A stretch of 64,000 nucleotides of DNA from Octopus sinensis. Lineage: Eukaryota. The first letter of the stretch is position 1, and the number at the start of each line of letters is the position of its first letter. Shown here in pieces: positions 23,441-36,762 of this stretch. Below the pieces are notes generated by a model that had not been told where the DNA came from, ran no database searches, and saw nothing but the letters and a program-made list of their open reading frames with translations. The translations under genes and the position numbers were made by a program. Location: contig NC_043000.1 in the NCBI RefSeq assembly GCF_006345805.1, positions 51,212,001 through 51,276,000 on the forward strand, in the 5' to 3' direction.

Positions 23441-25528
23441 ACTGAATTTGGAGATGCTAAATGTGAATTAGAATTATATAAAAATTGACAATGATAAAAG
23501 AATGCCCATTGAATATATTGATTTCTTACACTTCTTAAACTTTTCTATCACCACTGTATTTAACCTCTGGAATGTAATTTGATTTTATAACTGATTATCT
23601 TTTAGCAGAAAGCGTTTGTTAAATATTTCAGTGTGCAAAAATTGTAAACAAGTAATTTTAAAGTAACTTATCACTTATTAACTACAAACCTGATAGACTA
23701 ATCATACAGCTAAATAAATTATTTTCAGTCATAATTTCAAAATATCAACATAAAGATTGCACAAACATGTTAACAATAGAGTATTTCTTTATACATTCAT
23801 TTGTTTATTGTTCTCATTTTTATTGATAGAACATCATCTACTTGGTTCTTTATTTTGTTTCTTTTACATTTGGTATTTGAATGCAACCACAAACTGTTAG
23901 CCACCAGAGTAAAAGGCCATGGTGAAAGGAAAATCTACAATATTTGTTTTGATCAAGTTTTTGATGTTATTTCTGTGCCAAGGGATAATATCCAATGGTG
24001 TCCTTAATCAATGAATCGATATTCTTTTTAAGTAATTCAATCTATAATTAATGATAAATGACAAAAACAAAACAAAAAAAAATGAGTGCCATGTATTATT
24101 AAAAAGTATCTTCAAAATTTTAAATAAAAAATATTCTCTATCCAAAATGCAAAGCAAAGAGAATTTTAATGAATTTAGTGAACTCATTGGTTAAGTAAAT
24201 ATTGATAAAAATATTTTCAAATGCGATAAAATTATTTTAACGCATATAAGAAACTTGAAATAGATTTCAAATCCTGCAAGTCTTTAATTAAAATTGCTGC
24301 ATCAATTAAGTCTTCATATTGACAGGGTTGCATAAATTCTTCAGTTCATAGAATTCAAAAGCATTTTAGATGACCATTCATTGGTGAGAAGCTTCATTTA
24401 TGATCTTATTGATGGAAATAATATCTGAAGTGCATGTATTTGTATACGCACAAAGAAGAACATACTGAAAACAAACACATGCATTGTGTGTGTGTGTGTG
24501 TGCTTGCATGTAATTAAGTATCATAGACATTTAATTCTTTTATACACCAATTTTAGTGTGTCTCTTAAGTTATACCATCTTTTATATGTTGTAGGCTTTG
24601 TAAATGTCTTTGATATTTCATTTCCTTTTAACAATCATATTTTACATTTTATTCGCTCTACTCCTACGTTAGAAACCAACAGTATTTATTTTTTTGTAGG
24701 TAGGATAATCTAAGCCATATAAACTGAATCACTGGGATATATCTAAGCTTTACTCTTATCAATGTTATCAACTCTTATATAGAAACAGATGATTAAGAAA
24801 TTGCAATGTAAGAACATGTTTTAACGGATTAGGATTTCTGAATTTTAATTTCAGAACATTAGCTCTTATGTTTGCTGTAATACTATCACAAGCATATTAG
24901 TAAATTTTAACTAAGCCAACTCATATGTAATACACCATATTTTAACTGCCTTATCTTTTAGAGAAACCCACTTGTTAGAAATAACATTTAAGCTAATATT
25001 CTCCATAGTCACCATCTTGCTTTTATATTATAAATCCTAGAACTAGTTTCCTTACCACATTCTGTTTCAAAGAATTCTCTCATCTATTCCCACTTGACCG
25101 TATTGATATTTTCTATTGCACAGATCTTGTTCTTGAGATATAGAATTTTATTCACTTCACTTTTCTATAGTCTGAATCTCACTTTTCATGGTTCATTTAA
25201 TCACTTTTCAGTATTAGCTTGGAGAGCTGTTCTGGATGAATTCCCAGATGTCTTTCATTTATCTGTTCTTAAATGCTGCCACAGATTCTGATAGTTTGTC
25301 TCTGTTTTTGTAGCATCCAGGATTATTTTCTAACTTTACTTCTTTCTGGCATTTCAAATTATTTCATTCTTCTGCATATGAGGTACGTTTAAAATGTTAA
25401 TGTAAACATTAGTTAATATTTTTGACGAAATTCCCACCTGATTAGTGATAAAACCTCTGATGAAAAATTGAAATTTTGTACTAATATTTTGCATGTACGC
25501 GCACACACACACGTGCACACACACACAT

Positions 25529-25562
<34 letters not shown>

Positions 25563-25884
25563 TCAGAATGTCTGCTTGTAAAGTGTGTTTCCTGTAAATA
25601 TATCAGCATATTGTTTGTAGTTACAGGTTATAATTCATTACTGTTTATTTTCCTTTATATTTTCTTATTATTTTATCAATGTAAGGAACAAAGTTTATAA
25701 AAACAAAGGCACTAACTACAGCTAACTTTTCTTCAATTATTGTACAGCTGTAGATATTGTTGTCAAACATTTCTACTAAAGGCCTTAATTGTTGACACTA
25801 ATTACACTTTAAACGTACAGTTATTATTGAGTTGAATTTGTATATAAAAATATTCTTATAATTGTTTGAGAACGTAGATGTTCT

Positions 25885-26100
25885 TTAGTTCCAGATCAGC
25901 TATGGTCGGTGACATTTTAACCTAGACCATCCTGTCTTTTTCCGACATAGTGTATTTGTTACCCTCCTTCATCATAATTTGGTTAGTTTGATTTGGAGGT
26001 GGTTGGGTTACTTATTCTTGTAAGTTGAGTGGTTATGTAGAGATTTACTTATTGCCTAGCGGTATGGTTGATTGTGTTTATAGTTGTATGTTCCTAACCA
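25885..26100 (-). mobile_element. Old family-D retroposon
   Basis: GACCATCCTGTCTTTTTTCCGACATAGTGTAT...GATTTGGAGG...GGTTATGTAGAG resembles the reverse complement of the 5110 and 32480 copies. Confidence 0.5.
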
Positions 26101-29100
26101 TCCATAATCTTGCTGGTACCTTAAGCTGAGTTTGCTAAACTGAAGCTTTTAAAGACACTTAAAAGAACAATACATCATATATCTAGTATTATTTGCATTC
26201 TCTTTATATAATTTCATTCTCTTTGCTACATGGTCCTTAAGTTTATGTTCATTGCAAATACCTATTTAACTTGTGAATTAACAGCTTACAGCTCTGAATA
26301 TGGTATTGTAATTCTTTTCTTTTGTCTTTTTGAATAAACTTTGAACATTAGTCTCTCACTAAAATGCTACTTGGAATATTTACAGAATATCTATTTCACC
26401 ATCCTAAACAGACCCCTTTTACTCTTAAGTAATCTTTGTCATATTTGCCATTATGTGGTATGTTTTTGATTGTCTTATTACTATTTTTCTCATGCTGAGA
26501 TATATAAGTATCAATTGATTTCTTTATTTTGTTGTTGTATCAGTTGATTTCTTTATTCATTGTTCTAGCAAATTGCCAGTTGGTTATTGGAAAAAGTAGA
26601 GTATTAATACACCTTGATTAGAAATGCAGAATACTGCTAAGATTATTTATTCTAGATTAGTAAATCAGCATTTCAACTGCCAAATTTAACTTATATTAGC
26701 TATCAAGATTCATTTAAAAGCAGCCTATATTCCTAGAAACTCTAAAATCAGTTATAATAATTTGATTGTCTTCAAAGGAGGGATCCTTCTGAATATTATG
26801 TTGTGAAACTAATTTTCCTTTACAGTTAGATAAATTAAAACTGCAAAAGTTCAGTGCTTTGCCCAATATGATTGCAGACTTAGGAAGACACTTATGTTTG
26901 TGATATTCTGCCCTTAACATGTAACTGAAGTAAAAAAAAACAAAGAAAGAAATGATTGTTTCAAATCTAAATATTGAAAATGTATTAATAACTTACAATA
27001 TTAGACTCTTGAAAAGTTATTATTGCGAGTGAAAAATAATTTAAATCAATTTTCTGTTAGAATTTTTGACTGCAAAAATGTAATCTGAAGTGAAGATATA
27101 AAGAAGTCAAATGACAAGTCAAAATGTTATCAGACTATTGGCACCATTTTGTCCAGAAACCTGCAATTTGAATTTTAAAATGTCTAAACTGCTCACATGT
27201 TAAAAAAAAATCTTTAAGTTCTGGAACTAAGAGTTATGAATAAAAATAAATATGCATTTGTAGCAGAAACTTGCATAGTTTTAAAAAGTTCTTTATATTT
27301 ATGCAAAACAATAAATATCGTAAAAAATTCTCATTAATTATTTTCTATTGCTGTTCTGTTTTATGGCACATGTCAGGAATATTAAAAAGTAGCATGTTTG
27401 AAATTTTAAAGATGAAAGATTTTTTCAATACATTTCATTGGCAAAATAGTTTCAGCATTTATTGTAGTGAAGATATTTATTGATTATCTTTTATTCATTT
27501 CCAATCAGAAAAGAGAATATACCTATAAATTTCCTGACTGCTTCATTGTTGATTTTTATTTTTATGGCAGGAAATTTTTTTTTGAGCCTAACTTATTATG
27601 GTCCCTTAACCCTTTCAAGACAAAAACAGATGATGATACACATAACAGCTACTGTATAAAACTAATTTATTGTAAGACTGGCTTGATATCTATGAGGTCA
27701 AATATAAAGCAAAATAAAACTCTCATAAAATGGAAACAATTTATACTGTTTCCAACTGATTTAATCCAAGTAAAATTCTCACTAGTGCTGGCTTCTTCAA
27801 ACCAAAGCAATTGACAAGAAGGAAATTATGTGTAGTATGTGGAAAAGTATTCATTGTCAGCAGGTCGCTGACTGATGAAAGAGTGAAAAGGACACATTCC
27901 AAGGATAGAAACTTCAAATTATTTTTTTCGATTGGGCTTTCTATTTGAATCAAAATTACTGAAAAAAATAGTGTATTTAAAAAAATTAGGATAGCTGAAA
28001 TGGTAACAAAACTTGAATTAAAAATAAAAAGTAATGAAACTGTAATTTAAATTCTAATTGCAGATTTAGTTTTATAATTTAATTGTAATTTCAGCTTCTG
28101 TTCTCAAAGAAATATCTAAATATAGCAAAAAAATGTTTGAATTGCTGTTTCCTGAATATGTTGAACCTGATGTATTATGAAAATGGGCATGAAATTTTGA
28201 CTGGTAATGCACATGAGAAAGAAAACTGAAATTGTTAATTATTCATTCCGAAATAGAGATGACTGAATGTGATCTGAAATAATGAAAAATATGTGCTCCT
28301 TCTTATTGAAAAAAAAAAAAAAAAACATTGACATTTCTATTATTCAAACCAAGTCTTCCATTTAATCAGGTTAATGCAATGCACAAACATATCTCATGAC
28401 AATAGTGAGCAGTTAAATAAGATGATCCTTTGCCAAGAAGAAATATTAGATTGACTATGCATCATAAGATGGATAGTCATCATTGTAGTGTCTAATAAAG
28501 TAATTTATTTGCTTCCTAATAGAAACCTTAAATCAGATTAGTTCAGCTTTACCACTATTCAAATGTGAGTAACGATATCACTCTTCACATTTAAAGATCA
28601 AAAGCTATATGATGTCAAATCTTCTTGTATCATAACATACCATATTACATAAATAATAATACTGTATCATAAACCATAGTGTAGAATATTTTGGTCTAGC
28701 TGTTTTATTATTTTCAAAGTATGAATAACTGTGGTTATATCTAGATTGAATTCTTTTCATCGGTGAAAATATCATTCATCATTAATTGCATTCTCTACAA
28801 GAATAGGTAATATAATTTTTGGCAAAGAACATTGTAACAAACTTGAGCTTTCTGTTTCCCTATTCAAATATGATACTTCATCATATCATCACTAAGATTT
28901 GTGTCTATAATGAGCGGAGATTGTGGTGTTAATATTTTCTCCTGAATTACAGATTATTTGTAAAAATATGCAATATTCAAATTACAAGAAGTGAATACCT
29001 GAAATTTAGTGTGTCTTGAAAAATAAGGTATCAGTCTGCTTAAAAAGCACAAAAATATATGTAAACATCATACTTAACCGTTTTGGCATGTTACCAAACT

Positions 29101-31369
29101 TTATCTGTTATATTTGCTTTACCCTTCTCATTAACATGTCAAAATTAACAAAAAGGGAAGTATTTTTGAAATGTGATGGGTTTTATCAATGCTCAGAATG
29201 TAATTTATATGACATTAGAAGGATGACTATCTACAATACACTGAATATGGACTTTTATTTTATAGTAGATACCACCACTCCAATGTCTTGAACATTAACC
29301 AAAAAAATAAATAAATAAAAATATACAAACAAACAAAAAACCCCCCAAAAATCAATTCAAATAAGTGGAAATGTCTATGTGGTCAGTATTTGAATGCATT
29401 GCTCTACCAACTATTATGGTAACGAATATCCAAAAGAAATTATTTGCTATGTGTTTGTGTGTGTGAATGTAATTCTGTTGAAGTTCCTTTTGGATGCAAG
29501 CTATTTCAATTTTTACATAAACTATAGCACTTCTACATGAGAGTATGAAAGGAGCTGACTTCATGGTTAATTTCCACATAACTTGCTCACTCCTGTGAAA
29601 TATGAAAACCAATTATACATTTTGTTTTTAATGTTTTGGTTGGTAATTTTTGATAATATGGACTTCTTAGCTTTAGTTATTATGAGATACCAGAGTGAAC
29701 AGTCTAGCAATCATACAAACAAGTTTAAAAACAATGGTACCTAATGCCTTGGGAGTTGTATATGTTACATGTAGAGCAAGATAATACTGATACGTTGCAT
29801 TGTGGTACACATTTTCTACTGTAAACAATATAGTTTTATTAGTTTTCACAATGAAAGTGAAAATATTTGAACTTTGAAGTACCTAGTTATTGATATTTTA
29901 TGAGATATTTAAATCATTTTTCTGTTTCCTTGATGTTCTTTCACTCTTAGTGAGTTGGGAATTATTTATTAGCTATTCCAAAAACTCAGACGGATGGCAA
30001 TTGTTAGGAGTATAACTAATTTTCAATAACTCTTGAGTGCATTTCATTGAAACATTTACATGTTTTTGAATGATCGTATCAATTTTTTTTCTTTGAGACG
30101 TTATTGATAAAAATGAGAAATAAAGTTTTCAAAGAAGATAAATAAGAATTCTATCAAACTAATTATAAAACATATTTATCCAAATAATTGCAAGTATCTT
30201 TCTTTTATTGATTTTTAATTTGGTGAGAAGAATTGAAGCATATACATTCATTTCATAATAATATACATGATATTAATAGCATATTCATAAATGTAAAAGG
30301 CAATCCAGCACACAGGAAAAAATGAAACATTTAGAATTATCTCAATAAAACTGTTTTCACTAGAACTCTTTTTGGAGTCATTTCTGTTAGGTTTTGCTAA
30401 TCTTCATTATCACTTATATTTACATATTTTGATTTAATATTGTTATTTAGTTGAAAAACATGGCAAAAACATTTTTGTAACAGATTAATGTCAAATGTTT
30501 TAAGAATTTAGACGTCTTCATGAGAAAACTATATTCTAGCTGAGCCTTTCAAGCAAAAAGATTTTACATTGCAAAATATAGTGAAATGTAACAAATTACA
30601 ACGGAGAAATGTAACAAATTAAAGACATTATTGTCAAATTTTAAAAGGCAGTGATTTCAAAATTCAAATTAGTCCCCAAATTATCAGATAGTATGCATGA
30701 TTGACTATACATTGATAAGAACCACAACTTACGTAATTTCATTGATAACATATCAGCTATCTGTGATTTCAACATGCTTCTGTTAGCCATTAACTATCCA
30801 ACCGCAAAGTAAGATTTTAGGGATTTTTCACTGTTTTACTTTCCAAATTGCAGAAATTCCATTCATGAACACAAAAGAAATGCAGTTAAAAAGTAAAAAT
30901 ATAATAACATATTATTGAAATTAATTAGAATTAGAATGTTCACCCCATAAAAATGAACATTTGATTGATCCATGATCACCTCATATTAAATCTTATGCTA
31001 TTCTTCTGTCAGTGCCTGTTGAAAGCTATTAGTGTTTTTTTAATTTTCATATTTAACAAAACAAATAAATTCTTAGTATTTATAATTTTTTTTATAAAGA
31101 AGAAATACATATTTTCATGCACCAACTGAAGTTTTCTTGATACAGAACTAACCATTGTCATTAATTGGGTATTGTATTCTTAAAACATTTAGTTTTGAGG
31201 TTTTTTTTAGTCCATCTGGCTGTAAGAAGAAAACATAAATTATATATTTCACTCCTCTAAGCATTGTGAAAGAGATGTGTTATTCATTGGTTTGCATTAT
31301 TGAGAACAATTGTCATGAATACAGCTACAAATGAGCATATGTTATATCATCATGCTTTCACATTGGTGT

Positions 31370-31520
31370 TGCTGTCATTTAGCCTGAGGTCAACCTAAAT
31401 GGGACAAATCTAAGAACAAAGCCATTCCAGCATTGTTCAATCTATTTTTGATTAAGGCATAGTTTACCAGGATTACATTATTCTCGGTACATATTTCTAG
31501 GTGCTGTGTTTGAACTGAAG
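31370..31520 (-). mobile_element. Old family-D retroposon fragment
   Basis: TTTAGCCTGAGGTCAACC...AAAGCCATTCCAGC...GGATTACATT. Confidence 0.45.
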
Positions 31521-31942
31521 GTAATGTAGCTGCTTTGTTTTAATTTTTTTTTCGTCAATATCACTTAAATTAGTCTCATGATTGTAATTAATAGTTGTTT
31601 TACATTTTATCTGATAATCAAATTCAAATCTAACTACAATCTATATTGCCTTTCATAAACCATCAGTAATAGCTAGAGGGCTAATTTAATAAACCGCATT
31701 CCTTCTTCTCATAAATGTTATATAAATGAAATAATAATTTTAGTATGATGGCCATACAGCTGTCAACTGAAAGCTGAACTGAACTGTTTTTTTTTTATTT
31801 CAAATGGTACTAGCATTGAATTTGCTTTTATCCTCCAGGGAAAAACTAAATTCAAATGCTAATATCAGTTCAATTCACAGTACCGTATTTAGATGATGAA
31901 ATTGGCTTTCTGTTTACCCAATGATATCAAAGCATCATTTAA

Positions 31943-31954
31943 TCATCATCATCA

Positions 31955-32007
<53 letters not shown>

Positions 32008-32008
32008 G
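31943..32008. repeat. (CAT)n-(ATT)n compound microsatellite
   Basis: Directly visible; source of the poly-Ile ORF. Confidence 0.95.
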
Positions 32009-32149
32009 TTATGGCTTTTTCCTCATTCAGTAGTAGTTTAGTAGTTTACAGTGATAAGTTCTTGTTTATCAAGCATAAAAATGAGATTTCAACATCAAGT
32101 ATTGCATCTTGGAAATGTATTGATATCTGAATGAATCCTGGATTCACCT

Positions 32150-32690
32150 CTGTGCAAGAGACTCATTTTGGTATGAGCCAATAAGGAAGCTTCTATCAGT
32201 CACTCAATCCTTCCAGACATGGCAGTCAAATTTTTTTCAACTCATGCCACACTTGCTTTAAAAACGAATGGCATATTGATCAATGTTGGCCTAGAAAACA
32301 GACAGAATGGTCAGAGCTGAAACTTTGGTGGAATAGCCTTAACTATATACCTATACATCTTACCATACAGCATCAAACACTACTCCACTCAATCAAATAA
32401 CACGCAACTGCATGCCACCATCCTACGCCATCACATAACAATATACCACACTATATATATGAACATAGTACAAATTAACATGCAACATGCAAGCAGGTGT
32501 ACATTCATTCAGCCAACTAGAAATAGTTGCCAAATCTATCTCAAGTCAAACCCTACTGTTTTAAAAAGTGTAGGATATATTATACAACGTAGTCTTGTGT
32601 ATACAATAAAATGTGATGAAATGACTTTGATCTTAGGCTTATTAGACCAGTACTGGTAATGGTCTTAAACAAAAACAACTACATCGCACA
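32150..32690 (+). mobile_element. Two old family-D fragments
   Basis: CTAGAAATAGTTGCCAAATCTATCTCAAGTCAAACCCTACTG...TTTGATCTTAGG...AAACAAAAACAAC, with a related upstream copy at ~32150-32345. Confidence 0.5.
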
Positions 32691-32829
32691 AAACATGCCA
32701 TAATTCACAATACTAACAAGTACAGTGGAAACCACAATACTTTGCTTAAAGTAGTTTGGATGATGATACACAGCATGGAACTCTAAAATCACCAATAGAT
32801 GTTGTACATCTAACTGCACACAGAGGAAA

Positions 32830-32830
<1 letters not shown>

Positions 32831-32890
<60 letters not shown>
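32831..32890. repeat. (TA)n microsatellite, ~30 units
   Basis: Directly visible. Confidence 0.95.
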
Positions 32891-32892
<2 letters not shown>

Positions 32893-32950
32893 GTTTATAT
32901 ATTATAATATATATTATATCATATATATCATATATCATATCATATATATA

Positions 32951-33345
32951 CTCTTTTACTCTTTTACTTGTTTCAGTCATTTGACTGCGGCCATGCTGGA
33001 GCACCGCCTTTACTCGAGCAACTCGACCCCGGGACTTATTGTTTGGCAAGCCCAGTACTTATTCTATCGGTCTCTTTTGCCGAACCGCTAAGTAACGGGG
33101 ACATAAACACACCAGCATCGGCTGTCAAGCAATGCTAGGGGGACAAACACACACACACGCATACATATATATACATATATACGATGGGCTTCTTTCAGTT
33201 TCCGTCTTCCAAATCCACTCACAAGGCTTTGGTCAGCCCGAGGCTATAGTAGAAAACACTTGCCCAAGGTGCCACGCTGTGGGATTGAACCCGGAACCAT
33301 GTGGTTGGTAAACAAGCTACTTACCACACAGCCACGCCTGCGCCT
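32951..33345 (-). mobile_element. Young, near-intact family-A SINE (head AGGCGCAGGCGTGGCTGTGTGGTAAG, internal TA/TG tract, (GTAAAAGA)n tail)
   Basis: CpG-rich, least decayed copy of this family in the window; B-box-like CCGGGTTCAATCCC; tail AGTAAAAGAGTAAAAGAG. Confidence 0.85.
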
Positions 33346-33379
33346 ATGATAAGTTTACCAACACATAATTATTAATTTT

Positions 33380-33472
33380 TTTTCTAATTTATATATGTAT
33401 ATGATATTTTGTGAAATTTGATTTAGTATTTCTAAATTGAATTTTTCCCTGTAAGTTTGTAATAATATTCCC
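33380..33472 (-). repeat. Second copy of the 8277 AT-rich repeat
   Basis: See 8277; lies beside an (ATT)n/(TA)n tract, as does the first copy. Confidence 0.75.
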
Positions 33473-33497
33473 TCATATATTATTATTATTATTATAT

Positions 33498-33547
<50 letters not shown>

Positions 33548-33561
33548 ATATTCTATTTAAT

Positions 33562-33768
33562 AATCCTTTCTGCTGAAGACACAAGGCCTGAAATTTGAGG
33601 GGGAAGGGAGATAGTCAATCACCAGTACTTGACTGGTACTTATTAACCCTGAAAAGATGAAATGCAAATCGACCTTGGTGGAATTTGGACTCAGAATGTC
33701 ATGGTGGATGAAAATGCTGCTAAGCCTTTTGATTGGCTTGCTAATGATTCTGCCACCTCGCCACCTTA
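33562..33768 (-). mobile_element. Family-B SINE
   Basis: Reverse complement of head AAGGTGGCGAGGTGGCAGAATCATTAGC...CTGAGTCCAAATTCCACC, with body AGTACCAG. Confidence 0.75.
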
Positions 33769-36174
33769 ATATATATTCTGTTTATTATAATAGCTGATAT
33801 AAATGTTGGTTGGATTCTTCAGTCTCACTTTACTTCATATATAGGGAAGGAAAGAGAAGTAAGAAACAGATACAGGGAGAGTTAAGTAACAAGATTAGTG
33901 GTCATGCTCTCTCTCTCTCACACACACACATACATACACACACATTTTGTGACCCAAATGACAGTTTAGTATCATAATTGTAGCATGTTATCTTAGACAG
34001 ATATTTTTGCTGGTAGACACTAGTAATTTTCTACATAAGTGAATCCTGTATCATTTTCTTACATATGCATATGTGTGCAAGCATACACACATATACATGT
34101 GTGCACAAAAACAACTAGTACTAATCAAAGCATACTATAAAATTTGCACTTTTATAAGTTTTAGCAAAATCAAATATTTCTTAGTTTTTATAAAAATTCT
34201 TTGTATGTTTTCTTGTAAAAAGTGTTATCATTAGGTTTCCTCTTCATTAAAGAAGTTGAAATTAAATATCAATACATATTTCTACATGTATACTTCCCTT
34301 ATGAAGTAATTATATTTCTTAAAGTATCGTTTGTTATGCATGTAATGTCTTATCTGCTTTTTTTTTTTCTCCAGTAATTTGGTAGTATGGTATTATTACT
34401 AGTGTAGAAGTCACTTTATATTAAAATAATCATGGATCCAGAAATTTATTGTTTCTCTTTAAATTGCAGTATCTTTTTGCACCTTGTATTATATAGGAAT
34501 TTTATAATTATGATGGAGGAAAATTTAAGGAACATTATTATTACTTCAATATTTTGAATTATTTGGTTTCCTTCTAAATTAATTCTTGTCATTTATTGGT
34601 TTACTGTTACTCATGTCGAAAAATAAGTCAATATTTTCTTTGTTATCATATATTTTATTTGCAAATCATTTTTTTTCATCTGACATTTTCATAACAAAAC
34701 AGTTAGAAAACATCAACATATTTCTGTGCAAAAAAGTGAAATCAAAAGTTAAAATTCTGAAGTATATATATCCATGAATAACAGGAATACTATCATATTT
34801 ATCTATTTTTATTTTATTTAGTTTCAATTGCTCAGCGTGATGAGTATATTGTCTGTGAAGTAATCTTTTTTGGTGTGAGGCAAGTTGCAGTGGAACCTCT
34901 CTCTCTATCTATCTATCTATCTCTGTCTCTCTCTCTCTGTTTCAAGGTTTTGAATATAATTGTAAATGTTATTTCTTCATATCTCTGTAGTTAAGTCATT
35001 TGGGTTGTCATCTCCTGTTGCTCAGTTAACATGGCATTTAATTGTAATTCATATACTTTCTCTTCTTTCCGTCTATCAGTAAGGGTACTTTTGGCATTGA
35101 CAGTACAGAAAACCAGGAATTAATGATTCAGAGGAAAGAATCTATCAGTCCTTGACTTCAGAATAGAGAGACGAGGGATAAATGTTGACACAAACTGTAT
35201 GAGGGGATGGGAGTAGTAAGTCATATCAACAATAATAGATGTAATATAAATCAATTAGTTTACATGCTATTTTGCAGTTAGTTTGGTGTTTAACTCATAA
35301 CAAATTCTCTCATTTTCTGTATAATTAGTTCAGTGGCTAAAGGGATGTGCTTTGCTCTTAGCAGAGTATAAGATTAAAAAATGAATATAAATTATGAATC
35401 TTCCACTGGAAGACTCAAATACCTAGCTAATCTTCTATTATAAATCCTTTGGCAATAAATAAGCAGAAAAGCAAAGCAGGAACTTGAAGCCAAATTTATC
35501 CTGACATGTAACTACTTCAGTATCAGACCAAAATATTCATAAGCTAATCGTTATTCATTATTTTCCCTTTAATCTAAAATTTCCTATATTCGTGTCTGGC
35601 ATTGTATGGCTTGTGCATGTTCTAGGCTTTAGAATATGTGCTAAATATAGTTTTGTCTATCAAATCATTTGCACTGAAAGAAAGATATTAAATATTGTGC
35701 ACGTCACAAGATGAGGAAAATATAAAGATATTTTATCTGTTAAAGCTTTGTATCTAGATCCTTCTGCTGGTTATTTCACAGCATGGTCAAAATCTAAGAC
35801 TTATCAAATGTGTTGTATTTTGAACATGGTACATAGCAATTACTGACAGATGTTTCTTTTTCTACTGAGTCACAGAGGAATTAGTGGTAAGGAATGCAAT
35901 TAGCTGAGAAAACAATGCTTTGAGAAACATCTTACCGACAGGAGGTAAAACAATGAATTTAAATCATTAAAAAAAAAAATTAATTTTCTTTCTTTGAGTC
36001 TTATAAATATCTTCAGTCATTGGAATCCACTAATTATTAGTCTTACTGTACTACATTTAAAGCAAATCAGAAAAATGGAATTCAGCCCTCTCCATGCCAC
36101 TTTTACATAATACTTGAAGCTTATGGGACACTTGCTAATTTTAAAGTGTTCTTATTTTTTATTACTTAGATATT

Positions 36175-36320
36175 GAGTGGTTGGCATTAGGAAGGGCATC
36201 CAGCTGTAGAAACACTGCCAGATCAGACTGGGCCGGGTGCAGCCTCCCGGCTTCCAAGACCCCAGTCGAACTGTCCGACCCATGCTAGCATGGAAAGCGG
36301 ATGTTAAACGATGATGATGA
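36175..36320 (+). mobile_element. 5'-truncated family-C retroposon
   Basis: GAGTGGTTGGCATTAGGAAGGGCATCCAGCTGTAGAAAC...CCATGCTAGCATGGAAAGCGGATGTTAAAC-(GAT)n. Confidence 0.85.
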
Positions 36321-36719
36321 TTGATATATCTAATTCAGTTTGGTTGTTTGTCATTGAAATATGGTATGCAATACCAGTCATATTGATGGCATTGCTTATC
36401 ATTTAGTCTTACTCTGTGAACTCAATTGGATGGTTTATTGTGAATATCAAAATAAGTTTATGGAACTGCCATAAATCAGTTCAACATGTGTATGATAATT
36501 ACCTATTGACTCATTTACAATGGCATTCATGCTGTGAGATACATGGATACTGAATCTATCTACTTAGCTCTTTTTGCAAATAAAATCTTAACTTCTTTCG
36601 GATTTCTATATACCAAAACATACTTATTAACAGCATGTGTACACACCTGCTCATAGATCCATAAACATATACACACATCCATTCATACAAGCTCCTATTA
36701 AATAATTATGATATATAAG

Positions 36720-36762
<43 letters not shown>

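Noticed and set aside
25450-25490. Other CTGATGA hits (25457, 27869, 14996, 17455, and several on the minus strand)
   Set aside because: No helix II, GAAA and NUH geometry with helix I pairing; this is the expected background.
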